This document shows positions 10,323-21,370 of a DNA stretch of 64,000 bases, in pieces; positions within the stretch are counted from its first letter, which is position 1, and each line of letters begins with the position of its first letter. This DNA is from an uncultured Candidatus Rokubacteria bacterium. GTDB lineage: Bacteria; Methylomirabilota; Methylomirabilia; Rokubacteriales; DASRDR01. A program made the position numbers and the translations under genes. The notes under the pieces were generated by a model. The model saw only the letters and a program-made list of their open reading frames with translations. It was not told the DNA's origin and searched no databases. The DNA lies in assembly GCA_963708025.1 (NCBI GenBank), contig CAVPSB010000013.1, positions 416,001-480,000 of the forward strand, in the 5' to 3' direction.

Positions 10323-11138
10323 ATGAACCTGCTGCGCCCGCTCGATCGCGAGCTGGTGGTCAACGGGTTGCGGCTCCAGGTCCTCGACTGGGGCGGCGAC
10401 GGTCGCACCGCCCTCCTGCTGTTGCACGGATTCACGGGGCACGCGCACGCCTGGGACACGCTCAGCATCGCGCTCCAGCCCCACTTCCACGTCTACGCCC
10501 TCGACCAGCGCGGTCACGGTGACAGCGATCCCGCCGACACCTACGACGCCGTCGCGGCCTTCGACGACCTCGCCGGGGTCATCGACCAGCTCGGGCTCAC
10601 CTCGCTGGTCCTGGTCGGCCTCTCGATGGGGGGCCGGAACGCGATGTACTTCACCGCCAAGCGGCCCGACCTCGTCCGGAAGCTGGTCGTCGTCAACATC
10701 GGGCCGGAGATCAGCCGGCGGGCGATGGAGGCACCGGCCGGGCCTCCGGAGCCCGACTCCTGGGACAGCATCGAGCAGGCCGCCCAGCACCTGCATCGCG
10801 CGAACCCTTATCCCGGCATTCACTACTACCGCTGGGTTGTGTCGCACAGCCTGCGAGCGCGTCCCGACGGGTCGCTCCGGTGGGCCTGGCATCCCAGCAT
10901 CAAGCAGCGCCGGTCGCAGGCGGACGTCAACTGGTGGGCGGTGGTGAGGTCGATCGAGCCGCCGACCCTGGTGCTGCGGGGCGAGGAGAGCCACGTCCTG
11001 GACCGGGACGTCGCCGAGCGGATGGCGCGGGAGCTGCCCCATGGCCGGCTCGTCGAGGTCCCGCGGGCCGTCCATACCCTGCACGAGGACAACCCCGGCG
11101 CGGTCCTGGCCGCGCTTAAGGACTTCCTGGGCTTCTGA
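10323..11138 (+). CDS. alpha/beta hydrolase
   Basis: LLLHGF, DQRGHGDS, nucleophile elbow GLSMGG, C-terminal HTLHEDNP. Confidence 0.92.
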   Translation: MNLLRPLDRELVVNGLRLQVLDWGGDGRTALLLLHGFTGHAHAWDTLSIALQPHFHVYALDQRGHGDSDPADTYDAVAAFDDLAGVIDQLGLTSLVLVGLSMGGRNAMYFTAKRPDLVRKLVVVNIGPEISRRAMEAPAGPPEPDSWDSIEQAAQHLHRANPYPGIHYYRWVVSHSLRARPDGSLRWAWHPSIKQRRSQADVNWWAVVRSIEPPTLVLRGEESHVLDRDVAERMARELPHGRLVEVPRAVHTLHEDNPGAVLAALKDFLGF

Positions 11139-11188
11139 CGAGCGGCCCGTGCCGTCCCGCCGACGGCGGGCGGAAAGGAGACGACGAG

Positions 11189-11860
11189 ATGGGAGAGATG
11201 CTGACGCTGACCGCCGAGGACGGGCACCGGCTGGGGGCCTACCGGGCGGCGCCCGCGGGCACCGCGCGCGGCGGCCTGGTGGTGGTGCAGGAGATCTTCG
11301 GCGTGAACTCGCACATCAAGCGGACCTGCGACGGCTTCGCCGCGGATGGCTACGTGGCCCTGGCCCCGGCGCTCTTCGACCGCGTGGAGCGCGACTACGC
11401 GACGGGCTACAGCCCGGCCGACATCGAGGCGGGGCGCGCGGTGCGGGGGAAGCTGTCGATGGACGACGCCATCGCCGACGTGCGAGCGGCCGTGCGCGAG
11501 CTGGCCCGGTCCGGGTCGAAGGTGGGCGTCGTCGGCTACTGCTACGGCGGAACGATGGCGTGGCTGGCCGGCACGCGGATCGACGGGGTGGCGGCGGCGG
11601 TCGGCTACTACGGCGGCGGCATCGCCGACACCGCCCAGGAGACCCCGCGCTGTCCCGTCATGCTCCACTTCGGCGAGACCGACGCCTCGATCCCCAAGGA
11701 GCACTGGGAGCGGATCCGCGCGCACCAGCCGAGCCTTCCGCTGCACGTCTACCCCGCCGGCCACGGCTTCAACTGCGACGAGCGCGGCAGCTACGACGCG
11801 GCCAGCGCGCGCCAGGCGCGCGAGCGGACCCTCGCGTTCCTGCGCCAGCACGTGGGGTAG
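11189..11860 (+). CDS. dienelactone hydrolase family protein
   Basis: QEIFGVNSHI, GYCYGG, YPAGHGFNCDER. Confidence 0.93.
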   Translation: MGEMLTLTAEDGHRLGAYRAAPAGTARGGLVVVQEIFGVNSHIKRTCDGFAADGYVALAPALFDRVERDYATGYSPADIEAGRAVRGKLSMDDAIADVRAAVRELARSGSKVGVVGYCYGGTMAWLAGTRIDGVAAAVGYYGGGIADTAQETPRCPVMLHFGETDASIPKEHWERIRAHQPSLPLHVYPAGHGFNCDERGSYDAASARQARERTLAFLRQHVG

Positions 11861-11918
11861 CCCGATCCGGGGGTCCTCGAGGGGCGCGAACCCGGCCGGG
11901 CGCCCGGCCGGGCGCCCC

Positions 11919-11947
11919 TTGACAGTGGCGGCGCCTCGCCTCACACT
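11919..11947 (+). promoter_or_regulatory. sigma70-like promoter of the ABC operon
   Basis: TTGACA-17 bp-CACACT upstream of GAGGAG...ATG 12005. Confidence 0.55.
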
Positions 11948-12004
11948 CGCCTCACCGTCCCCAACCGGGCCGTTCGGCCCCTCGTGATCCAAAGAGGAGG
12001 AGCC

Positions 12005-13291
12005 ATGCGAGCCATCACGCGGCGACACTTCCTGACCACCTCCACGGGTCTGGCGGGCATCCTCGCCACGGGGATTCCGCCGGCCCGCGGGCAGCAGCGG
12101 GAGATCTCCTACCTCTGCTGGAACAACTTCGCCCCGGCGCTCGGACAAGAAGCAGAACGAGATCGGCCAGCGCTTCACGAAGGACACCGGGATCAAGATC
12201 CGGATCGACTACATCTCCCACTGGGGCCGCAGCAGCCGGCCAAGTACGCGGCCGAGGTCCAGACCCAGGCCGGGCACGACCTGGTCGAGATGCGCATGCA
12301 CTTCCCGTGGCTCTACGAGCCCCAGCTCGCGGACGTCTCCGACATGGTGGCCGAGCTCGAGAAGAAGTACGGCAAGGCGCTCTCCTCCGGCTACGAGTCG
12401 GCCCACGTCAAGGGCGTCTGGCGCGCGGTCCCCATGTACCACGGGCTACTTCGTCGCCGACCTACCGCGAGGACCTCTTCAAGAAGGCCGGGCTCAAGGT
12501 CCCCGACACCTGGGAGGACCTCTACACGGTCGGCAAGGAGCTGAAGAAGATGGGGAATCCGGTGGGGATCCCCATCAGCCCAGAACTACGACTCGATCTC
12601 GACCGCCGGCCCGGTCCTGTGGAGCTTCGGCGGCATGGAGGTGGACAAGGACGGCAAGACGGTCCGGATCAACTCGCCGCAGGCTGCCGAGACGATCGAG
12701 TGGTACAAGAAGGTGTACCGGGACTGCATGGAGCCCGAGGTGCTGTCCTGGACCGACTCCAGCAACAACGAGTCGATGCAGCAGGGCAAGGCGGGCTGGA
12801 TCCACAACCCGGTCAGCACCTACATCGTGGCCAAGCAGCGAGAAGCTGCCCGACCGCCGACGCTGATCAACCACCACCGGAGCCTGGCCGGGCCCAGCGG
12901 CCGCCACGAGACCGACGTGCCGCGCAACATCGGCATCTGGAAGTTCTCGAAGAACGTCGAGCCGGCCAAGGAGTGGATCCGCTACCTGTCTGGGCACGCG
13001 AGAGATCTACGACGAGTGGATCATGTCGGCCGACGCGTTCAACCTCCCCGGCTACGAGAAGCTCCAGGACCACCCGGTGCTGAAGACCGACCCGAAGTAC
13101 GCCGGCGCTCAGCGCGCCCGGCGTCCAGTACCACCTCTACGGCTGGCCGGCGCCGCCGCACCGACAAGGTCCAGCGCATCACCAACGAGTTCATCCTGCC
13201 CAACATGATCGCCAAGGCGGTGACCGGCACGTCCGACCAAGGACGCCGTCGCGTGGGCCGAGAAGGAAATGAAGCGCATCGTCGCGGGTAG
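12005..13291 (+). CDS. ABC transporter extracellular solute-binding protein, Tat signal (several frameshifts)
   Basis: TRRHFL twin-arginine motif; YREDLFKKAGLKVPDTWEDL; SBP-type segments spread over three frames. Confidence 0.8.
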
Positions 13292-13295
13292 ACCG

Positions 13296-14241
13296 GTGGC
13301 CGTCGGTCGCACCCGCGTCGCCGTTGCCGTCCGCCCGCGCGGGTCCTCCGCGTCCGGGTCCGGGAGCTGCTCGACCGCGAGCGGTTCCTGGGCCCGGCTC
13401 TTCGTCACCCCGGCCCTGCTCCTGCTCGTCCTGCTGGTCGCCTACCCCTTCTGCATGGCCCTGTACTTCGCGCTCTCCAACGCGTTCATCGGCCGGCCCA
13501 GCCAGTTCGTCGGGATCCGCAACTTCGTCGCGTTGTGGGACAGCGACGCCTTCCGCCAGACCTTCCAGAACGCCTTCGTCTTCACCGGGGCCGCGGTCGG
13601 GCTCAAGGTGGTCCTGGGCATGGCGCTGGCCCTGCTCCTCCACCAGCAGCTCTGGTTCAAGCGCCTGATCCGGGGCGCGGTCCTCCTGCCCTGGGTCATC
13701 CCGACCGCGCTCTCCACGCTGGGCTGGTGGTGGATGTTCAACTCGCTCTACAGCGTCGTCAACTGGACCGGCATCGCGCTGGGGCTCACTGGACCCGCCC
13801 GGGCCCAACTGGCTCGGCCAGAAGTACTACGCGATGTCGGCGGTCGTCGCCGTCAACGTGTGGCGCGGGCTCCCGTTCTTCGCCATCACGATCCTCGCCG
13901 GGCTGGTGTCGATCCCGCGCGAGCTCTACGAGGCGGCGGAGTCCGATGGCGCCGGGCCCGTCGCCCGCTTCTGGTACGTCACGCTGCCGCTCCTCAGGCC
14001 GGTGCTCGCCATCGTCGTGCTCTTCTCGACGATCTTCACGTTCAGCGACTTCAACATCGTCTACGTGCTCACGCACGGCGGACCCATCAACTCCACGCAC
14101 CTCTTCGCCACGCTCTCGCGCCAGATCGGGCTCGAGAGCGGGCGCATCGGCGAGGGGGCGGCGATCTCGCTCTACCTCTTCCCGGTCCTGGCGTTCGTGG
14201 TCTACGCCCAGCTCAAATTCGTCCGGAAGGAGACCCAATGA
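13296..14241 (+). CDS. carbohydrate ABC transporter permease, MalF-like (frameshifts)
   Basis: FVGIRNF, LLPWVIP, EAA loop IPRELYEAAESDGA. Confidence 0.85.
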
Positions 14242-14299
14242 GAGCGCATCGAGGCATGGGTCCTCCGGCTGAGGGGGGCAGGAGGGAGGTCCCGAACTG

Positions 14300-15145
14300 A
14301 TGCGGCGGCCGTCCCGGCGGCTCACCTGGAAGATCGCGACGCACGTGATGCTGGCGCCGTTCCTCGTCTTCGCCCTGTTCCCCTTCTACCACATGACGCT
14401 CACCTCGCTGAAGACGGATCGCGAGCTGTACGACCGGCAGTCGGTGCCGCTCCTGATCCGCCAGGGCGTCACGCTCGAGCACTACACGACGCTCCTCTGG
14501 GATACCGCCTTCGTCACCTGGACCAAGAACAGCCTGCTCGTCACCGTGCTGGCGACGGCGGTCTCGCTGGTCATCGGCACCGTCGCGGCCTACGCGCTGG
14601 CCCGGCTCCGGTTCTTCGCCGTGGAGGGCTTCGGGACCGGCATCTTCGTGACCTACCTGGTGCCGACCTCGCTCCTGTTCCTCCCGCTGGCCCAGGTGGT
14701 GCACTGGCTCGGGCTCGGCGACTCGAAGTGGGCGCTGGTCGTGACCTACCCGACCTTCCTGGTGCCGTTCTGCACCTGGCTGCTGATGGGCTACTTCCGG
14801 ACGGTGCCGAAGGAGGTCGAGGAGTGCGCGATGGTGGACGGGGCGACGCGGATCCAGGCCCTGACGCGCATCGTGCTGCCCATCGCGGTGCCCGGGCTCG
14901 TCTGCGCGGCCCTGTTCGCGTTCACGCTCTCCTGGAACGAGTTCATCTACGCGCTCACGTTCACCTCGTCGTCGGACCAGATCACCGCCAGCGTCGGCGT
15001 CACCAGTGAGCTGATCCGGGGGGACATCTACTTCTGGGGCCCGCTGATGGCGGGCGCCATCCTCGGCTCGGTGCCCATCGTGGTGCTCTACGTCTTCTTC
15101 CTCGACTACTACGTCTCCGGCCTCACCTCCGGCGCCCTGAAGTAG
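14300..15145 (+). CDS. carbohydrate ABC transporter permease, MalG-like
   Basis: VPKEVEECAMVDGATR, FTLSWNEF, GLTSGALK. Confidence 0.93.
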   Translation: MRRPSRRLTWKIATHVMLAPFLVFALFPFYHMTLTSLKTDRELYDRQSVPLLIRQGVTLEHYTTLLWDTAFVTWTKNSLLVTVLATAVSLVIGTVAAYALARLRFFAVEGFGTGIFVTYLVPTSLLFLPLAQVVHWLGLGDSKWALVVTYPTFLVPFCTWLLMGYFRTVPKEVEECAMVDGATRIQALTRIVLPIAVPGLVCAALFAFTLSWNEFIYALTFTSSSDQITASVGVTSELIRGDIYFWGPLMAGAILGSVPIVVLYVFFLDYYVSGLTSGALK

Positions 15146-15213
15146 TCCTCCCGTCGCGCTCGAGCGCGAGTCACCGACATGCGAGAGGTCCTGGCCGGTT
15201 TCCTGAGGGCGCG

Positions 15214-16212
15214 ATGACGTCGACCGGACCCGTGCTCCGCCTGGCGTTGATCCTCGTGCTGAGCCCGGGCCTGGCGGGCCTGGCGGCCCCGGCGGCGGAG
15301 ACGGCCGCCCAGGTGCGATTCCTCGCCCCTCAGGTGAACCCACCGGCGGACTTGCCGCGCGATGCCCGACTTGCCGGCACCGTATCCCCTCCGGCCGGGA
15401 CCGACGCCTCGAGCGGCGTCGTGTTCCGCACCGTTCCCGACGTGAGCGACCACGGTCCTCCGTCCCGGGTCGTCGGCGGGCGCATCGAGACGCTCGGCGT
15501 CAGCTGGTGGGATCGGACGCTCTTCACGGCGGAGTCCGCGGTCGAGGCCTATCTGCAGCGCCTCTTCGCCTCGTCGAGCGGCTCGACCACCGTGTTCGTT
15601 CCATGGGCGCAGCTGCTCCCGACGCCAAGCGTGGCCGCCACCGCCGGGGAGACGGGCGGCCGGGCCGGCCGGCTGCTCCTCTGGTACGCGTGGCCGTCGG
15701 TGTACCTCGCGTACCAGGACGGCGACGCGAAGTGGTGGTTTGGCCACTGGCTGGAGCGGGAGGACGTTCGCCTCGCCGGGCCGATCCTGGCGCAGGCCGG
15801 CGCCGGCACCGTCACGGTCGGGGGCCTCCAGGACGGTCAGCCGGTCGTGTTCCGCCCCGACGCAGAGGCACGGATCGCCTCGCTGGCCCTGGGGATTCTA
15901 AACTCCGCCAGCTACGAGGCCCCTCCGGCCATCGCGACCGAGCGGCGCTGGACCGAGACCCGCCAGGCATCACACCTTCACCTGAGCTTCACGCCCGCTC
16001 GGACCGTCACCTTCCGGTTCAGCACGACCGGGCCGACGGCCGAGCGGCCGGTCGAGGTGGCCGAGATGCTGATCGCGATCTCGAAGGACCAGTGGCCGGA
16101 CTACATCCTGGTTCGCGAGCGGGGCCAGGTCCGCGCGTTCGCGAAGTATCATCCGAGCCAGGCGCAGGCGTTGCGGGACGCGCTGAGCGCGGGTGGTCAG
16201 CCCAGCCGGTAG
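15214..16212 (+). CDS. hypothetical secreted protein
   Basis: 332-aa ORF with signal-peptide-like N-terminus and coding-like codon bias. Confidence 0.6.
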   Translation: MTSTGPVLRLALILVLSPGLAGLAAPAAETAAQVRFLAPQVNPPADLPRDARLAGTVSPPAGTDASSGVVFRTVPDVSDHGPPSRVVGGRIETLGVSWWDRTLFTAESAVEAYLQRLFASSSGSTTVFVPWAQLLPTPSVAATAGETGGRAGRLLLWYAWPSVYLAYQDGDAKWWFGHWLEREDVRLAGPILAQAGAGTVTVGGLQDGQPVVFRPDAEARIASLALGILNSASYEAPPAIATERRWTETRQASHLHLSFTPARTVTFRFSTTGPTAERPVEVAEMLIAISKDQWPDYILVRERGQVRAFAKYHPSQAQALRDALSAGGQPSR

Positions 16213-17220
16213 AGCCGGAGGGCGTTGTCGGCGAGGATCTTCCGCTTCTGGCCGTCCGTCAGGTCGCCCCGCTCCCGGATCTCGTCGATGGACCCCGGGA
16301 AGGAGTGATCCCAGTGGGGGAAGTCGGACGCGTAGATGATCTGATTCTCCCCGACCAGCTTGACCGCCTGCGGGAGCAGCCACTCGTCGGCCTCGCAGGA
16401 GAAGTAGATGTTGCCAGCCCGGACGTAGTCGCTCGGCCGCTTCTTCAGGACGGGCGCCTCGGCTCTCGCCGCGCTTGGCGTACTCGTCGTCCATCCGCTC
16501 CATCCAGTAGGGCGCCCAGCCGGCCCCCGCTTCCAGGAAGGCCAGCCGCAGTCGGGGGAACCGCTCCGGGATGCCCTCGAAGACGATCGAGGTCAGCTGG
16601 CGCATCTGCCCGAACGGGTGCGAGGTCGTGTGGGCCTGGATGAACCGGGGGAAGAGGTCCACCCCGGCGCCGCCGAGGTGCGATCCGGACGCGTGGACCC
16701 CGAGCATCGTGTCCAGGCGCTGGGCCTCCTCGTAGATGGGGAAGAACCGGGCATCCCCCAGCACGTGGGACCCGTCGGCCGCCAGCATCCCGCCCACGAG
16801 CCCCAGCTCCCGCACCCCGCGGCGAAGCTCGAGGGCGGCCGCCTCGGGGTCCTGGATCGGGAGCAGCGCCACCGCACGGAGCCGGGGGCTGACCCGGACG
16901 AACTCCTCGGACAGGAAGGTGTTGTACGCGCGGCAGAGGGCGACGGCCCACTCCCGGTCCTTGAGGAAGCTCACGAAGAGCCCGAGCGTCGGGTAGAGGA
17001 TCGTCGACTCCATGCCGCCACGGTCGAGGGCCTCGAGCCAGGCGGAGGCATCCCCGGCCCAGTCGCCGAGACGGCCCAGGAGACGGCGGTCCCAGCCGTC
17101 GGCGGGGTACCAGGCGAACGTGAGCGGACGCCGCCGGTAGGGCTCGTCCAGGTACTTCGCCACCTGCTCGGTCGTCTCCGTGACGTGGCCGTCGCCGTCG
17201 ATCACCCGATACGTCGTCAT
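16197..17220 (-). CDS. amidohydrolase_2 family protein (frameshift near 16460)
   Basis: VIDGDGHVTE, LAFLEAGAGW, IYASDFPHWD, ILADNALRLYRLG*. Confidence 0.88.
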
Positions 17221-17954
17221 GCTCCACCCCCCCCGGCGCCCACGAACGCCTCCAGCATCCCGTCGGCGCAGATCCGCCGCGCGGTGATGGCCCGGCGCAG
17301 GGCCAGCCGGCCGCGCGCCTGCTCCTCGTCGGTGACGGCGAGCTTCGAGATGATGCGCACGGCGCGCTCGGCGTGGTCGGCCTCCACCTCCATGTGCACG
17401 TAGTAGAACTCGAGCGCGTCGCGGGCCACCCCGTAGTGGCGCTCCATCGCCTCGGCCATCCGCTGCATGTGGATCGGGTTGATCGACTCGGTCGCGATGT
17501 TGCCGCCGCAGAGCGCCTCCAGCGTGGACGAGCGCTGGAGGAGGAACAGCTCGTTCTTCTCGATGATGGTGGTCGGGAGGTAGTCGGTCCGGAAGACCGC
17601 GTCCCGCGAGATCCCGAGGCCCTCGCACAGCCGGAGGTAGAGGAACGCGTGGGCGGTGGTCTTGCCGCCGACCGTGTCCTCGCCCCCCTCCTCGACGACG
17701 AGCGGGATGAGGGCGCGCTGGCGCTCGAGGTCCTCGAAGGTCGGCGTGTAGCCGCCGACGGAGATGATCTTCCACGCCGCGTGCCGGAGCGTGTCGAGGA
17801 AGAAGCACCCCTGCTGTCGGAGCACGTCCTGGAGCTGGCCCCGGCCGAGCCGTCCGTCGTAGATCAGGTGGAACAGCGGGTGGTGGAGCCAGGGGTGCGT
17901 CGCCCTGGCCTCCTCGAGCAGCGCGGCGGTGAACGCGGCCGGTGACAGCGCCAT
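17217..17954 (-). CDS. heme-oxygenase-like diiron enzyme (TenA/PqqC/CADD family)
   Basis: HPWLHHPLF, EEGG...HAFLY, YYVHMEVEADHAE metal-ligand pattern. Confidence 0.8.
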   Translation of the reverse strand: MALSPAAFTAALLEEARATHPWLHHPLFHLIYDGRLGRGQLQDVLRQQGCFFLDTLRHAAWKIISVGGYTPTFEDLERQRALIPLVVEEGGEDTVGGKTTAHAFLYLRLCEGLGISRDAVFRTDYLPTTIIEKNELFLLQRSSTLEALCGGNIATESINPIHMQRMAEAMERHYGVARDALEFYYVHMEVEADHAERAVRIISKLAVTDEEQARGRLALRRAITARRICADGMLEAFVGAGGGGA

Positions 17955-17967
17955 CGGGTTCCTCCTT

Positions 17968-18035
17968 TCGGGACCTCCCGCCTACCCCCCCAACCCCCCT
18001 CCCCCACCCACCGGGGGGGAGGGGGGAGCCGGAGA
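17968..18035. repeat. C-tract/G-tract intergenic repeat
   Basis: tcgggacctcccgcctacccccc...ccacccaccgggggggagggggg. Confidence 0.75.
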
Positions 18036-18062
18036 ACAGGAGCCCCACTCCTTCACACGCCC

Positions 18063-19751
18063 TCAGGCGACCGGGCGCAGCACGCGACCGGGCGGCGGGC
18101 CCTCGGGCGTCGCCGGGATTCGGCCCTCGCTGATCACGGCCCGGCCGTTGACGAACGACCAGGCGATGCCGCTGGCCCGCTGGACCAGCCGCGGCCCGCC
18201 GTCGGGGAGGTCGTGGACCAGCTCGGGCGGATGATCGGTGATGGTGGCGGGGTCGAAGACGACGATGTCGGCCGCCAGCCCAGGCGCGAGCCGCCCCCGG
18301 TCGGCGAGCCCGAAGAGGTCGGCGGGCATCGACGTGATCCGCCGGACGGCCTCCTCCAGCGACAGGGCCCGGCGCTCCCGCACCCAGTGGCCCAGGAAGC
18401 GGCTCGTCTGGCCGGCCTCGCAGAAGAGCGTGAGGTGAGCCCCGGCGTCGGACAGGCCGAGGAGCGTGAGCGGGTGGGAGAAGATCTCGGCGACGGCAGC
18501 CGCATCGGTGTTGACGGTCGCGACCGTGAACCGGGTCTTCAGGTCGTCGTCGAGCGCCAGGTCGAAGAACGCGTCAACGACGTCCTTCCCCATCGCCCGG
18601 GCGACCGCCGCCACCGTCTGGCCCTCGAAGTGTCCGAAGGCCGGCGAGCGGACCGCGTGGACGCGCAGCGGCGCCGCGTCCCCGGTGAAGAGCGCCGACC
18701 GCCCAACGGTCGAGCGGAACTCCTCGCGGAAGCCGGGGTCCCGGAAGAGCTGCCGCCAGCCGCTGGTCGGCGTCTCCATCACGCGCCGCCACACGGGGAA
18801 GCGGTAGAAGACGAACGGCCCCGTGAGGTCGAAGGTGGCGGTCAGGGGCGAGCAGGTGCCCTGGGGATGGACGCGAAGCCCTTCCCGGTGGAGCGCCTCG
18901 ACGCGGGCCAGGACCTGGCGGTGCTCGTCGGGGGCGAGCGGGTTGTGGCGGATCGAGACGAGCGTGACCGGCCGCCCGCTCGCCCGGGCCAGCTCGGCGA
19001 AGCGGTCGATCTCGGCGACGCGATCGACGCGGCTGCCGCCGATCGTCAGCTCGAGGATGCCGCGACCCGTCTCGCCCATCGCGGCGACCAGCTCCGTGAG
19101 CTCGCGCTCGTCGGCGAGCCGGCTCGGCACCGGCCGGCCCCGGTCGCCGACGTGGTTCGTGTTCGCCGAGGACGACAGCCCGACGGCACCGGCGGCCATC
19201 GCCGTCCGGACGAGCCCGACCATCCGCCCCCGCTCGTCCTCGGACGCCGCGCGCTCCCAGGCCGCGTCGCCCATCACGTACTGCCGGATCGCCGAGTGGC
19301 CGACGAACGCGCCGACGTTCACCCACAGCCCGCCGCGCTCGAGCGCGTCGAGGTACTCGCCGAAGTGCTCGAAGTCCCAGCGGATGCCCTTCCGCATCGC
19401 CTCCAGCGACATGGCCTCGACGTACTGGAGCATGCGCATCATGGTCTCGCGGTCGCCGGGCCGGCAGGGCGCGATGGTGAAGCCGCAGTTGCCGGTCACC
19501 ACCGTGGTGACGCCGTGCCAGGAGGAGCAGGACGCCAGCGGGTCCCACATGAGCTGGGCGTCGTAGTGGGTGTGGGGGTCGACGAACCCGGGGGCCACCG
19601 CCAGCCCGGCGGCGTCGATCTCCCGCTGCCCGCGGGCGTTCACGACGCCCACCTCGGCGATCCGGCCGTCGGCGACGGCGAGGTCGCCGGGACGAGCGGG
19701 CGCGCCGGTTCCGTCAACGACGAGGCCGCCGCGGATCACGAGGTCGTGCAT
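18063..19751 (-). CDS. N-acyl-D-amino-acid deacylase-like amidohydrolase
   Basis: APGFVDPHTHYDAQ, GVTTVVTGNCG, SDAGAH, RGRLAPGLAADIVVFD. Confidence 0.92.
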   Translation of the reverse strand: MHDLVIRGGLVVDGTGAPARPGDLAVADGRIAEVGVVNARGQREIDAAGLAVAPGFVDPHTHYDAQLMWDPLASCSSWHGVTTVVTGNCGFTIAPCRPGDRETMMRMLQYVEAMSLEAMRKGIRWDFEHFGEYLDALERGGLWVNVGAFVGHSAIRQYVMGDAAWERAASEDERGRMVGLVRTAMAAGAVGLSSSANTNHVGDRGRPVPSRLADERELTELVAAMGETGRGILELTIGGSRVDRVAEIDRFAELARASGRPVTLVSIRHNPLAPDEHRQVLARVEALHREGLRVHPQGTCSPLTATFDLTGPFVFYRFPVWRRVMETPTSGWRQLFRDPGFREEFRSTVGRSALFTGDAAPLRVHAVRSPAFGHFEGQTVAAVARAMGKDVVDAFFDLALDDDLKTRFTVATVNTDAAAVAEIFSHPLTLLGLSDAGAHLTLFCEAGQTSRFLGHWVRERRALSLEEAVRRITSMPADLFGLADRGRLAPGLAADIVVFDPATITDHPPELVHDLPDGGPRLVQRASGIAWSFVNGRAVISEGRIPATPEGPPPGRVLRPVA

Positions 19752-19777
19752 GCTGGTCCTCCTTTGGGATTGTTCGG

Positions 19778-19835
19778 GTCCTCCCGCCCACCCCCCAGCC
19801 CCCCTCCCCCACCCACCGGGGGGGAGGGGGGCGCA
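19778..19835. repeat. C-tract/G-tract intergenic repeat
   Basis: cctcccgcccaccccccagcccccctcccccacccaccggggggaggggggcg, nearly the same as the 17968 copy. Confidence 0.75.
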
Positions 19836-19867
19836 GGAAGGACTGGACCCGCTCCCAACTCATGCGC

Positions 19868-21291
19868 TCAGAGGGCGTGGATCTCCAGGGCCGCCCGGAG
19901 GCCCGACTCGATCGCGCCCTGGATCCACGCGTGCGCCAGCGAGGCGTGCTCGCCGGCGAAGTGGATGCGGCCCTCCGGCCGGACGATGTGTCTCGTAGAG
20001 GCGGATCTGCTGGCCGGGATCGAACAGGGCGAACGCGCCGCCGGCGAACTCGTCGTCGTGCCACATGTACGAGGCGCCGATCTCGAACTCGGCCGGGGAC
20101 CTGCGGGTGGATCACGGCCAGGTTCTCGAGCGCCTGGGACGATGCGGTCGGCGGGCGACAGCGATCCCCAGCGCTGGGCGTCCTCGGACCAGGTGTAGCT
20201 GGCCAGGAGCACGCCCGCGGCCGGTCTCGCGCCCGTGGTCCGGATAGTAGAGGTCGCCCGGATCGGCAGGTCGGTGACGGTGCCGCCGCCGAAGATCCCG
20301 TCGTCCTCCTCCCAGAACCGGCGGCGGAACTGGAACAGGATCTTGGCCGAGGCGTCGTAGTGGAGCTGGCGGATGGCGCGCTGCTTGGCCCGGCGAGAAG
20401 GGCTTGAGGACCTCGACGTGCCGCAGGACCGGGAACGGGACGGTCACGATCGCGTAGTCCCCGGTCGCGGCGAAGCGGCCGCCGGCCGTCTGGTAGTGGA
20501 CGGTGACGCCGGTCTCGGACTGATCGAGGGCGATCATCCGGGCGCCGAAGCGGATGCCGGCCGCAGCTCGGGCAGGAACGCCTCGCGGCAGCCGGTCCAT
20601 GCCCCCGTCGATCTCGACGAGGTTCCGGTGTAGCAGTCGCCAGCCTCCTCCCGCGGAGACTCCAGGAAGGACGCGTTCATCAGCGACTCCTGGAAGGCCA
20701 GTCAGGCCGAAGCACTCGATGGCGCCCTCCGACCAGCCCCGCGCCTCCAGGAACTCCCGGTCGAGTACTCGTCGTATCGGGCGACGATCTCCGTCCACGC
20801 CGCGTCGCCCTGTCGGGCGAGCGGTCGCACGAGCTCGGCGATGGCCTCCGCCCAGAGCTGCTCGACGGTCTGCCCCGCCTCGTGGGCGGCCATCTCGAAG
20901 GGCAGCAGACCGGGCTTCGTCTGAGTCTCGTGGAGGCGCCAGCGGGTGCCGCGCAGGTAGACGTAGCCGTTGCGGGTTCGCCATGGTGAAGGCGCGGCGT
21001 CCGCAGAGCCGAAGCGCTCGCAGTAGGCCAGGGTCAGCGTCGTGAGTCCGCGGGATCCGCATCGCGCCGACCTCGGCGTACAGGCCGTCGGTGAACGGCT
21101 CGCGCAGGGTGTGGACCCGGCCGCCCGACCCGCTGCTGGGCCTCGAGCACCACGGGCTCGTGCCCGGCCCGACGGAGCTCGAAGGCCGCCACCAGGCCGG
21201 CGATGCCGGCGCCGACGATCACGACCTTCTTGGGCCGGCCGTCTCGCCGGGGCAGGCCGGCGCGCGCGGCGGACGCGATCTCGGACGGCAT
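19868..21291 (-). CDS. flavin monoamine oxidase / L-amino acid oxidase family (many frameshifts; possibly a pseudogene)
   Basis: [17 protein letters not shown]...[43 protein letters not shown]. Confidence 0.8.
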
Positions 21292-21370
21292 CAGGGACCT
21301 CCCGCTGCGAGGAGCCTACGTCGCGGGCGGCGCCCGCGTCAACGGCTCAGCCGGGTCGTGCTCATGCCGG

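Noticed and set aside
15970-18048. 692-aa ORF as an HDO-amidohydrolase fusion
   Set aside because: Two separate genes with an ATGA overlap at 17217-17220, in different frames.
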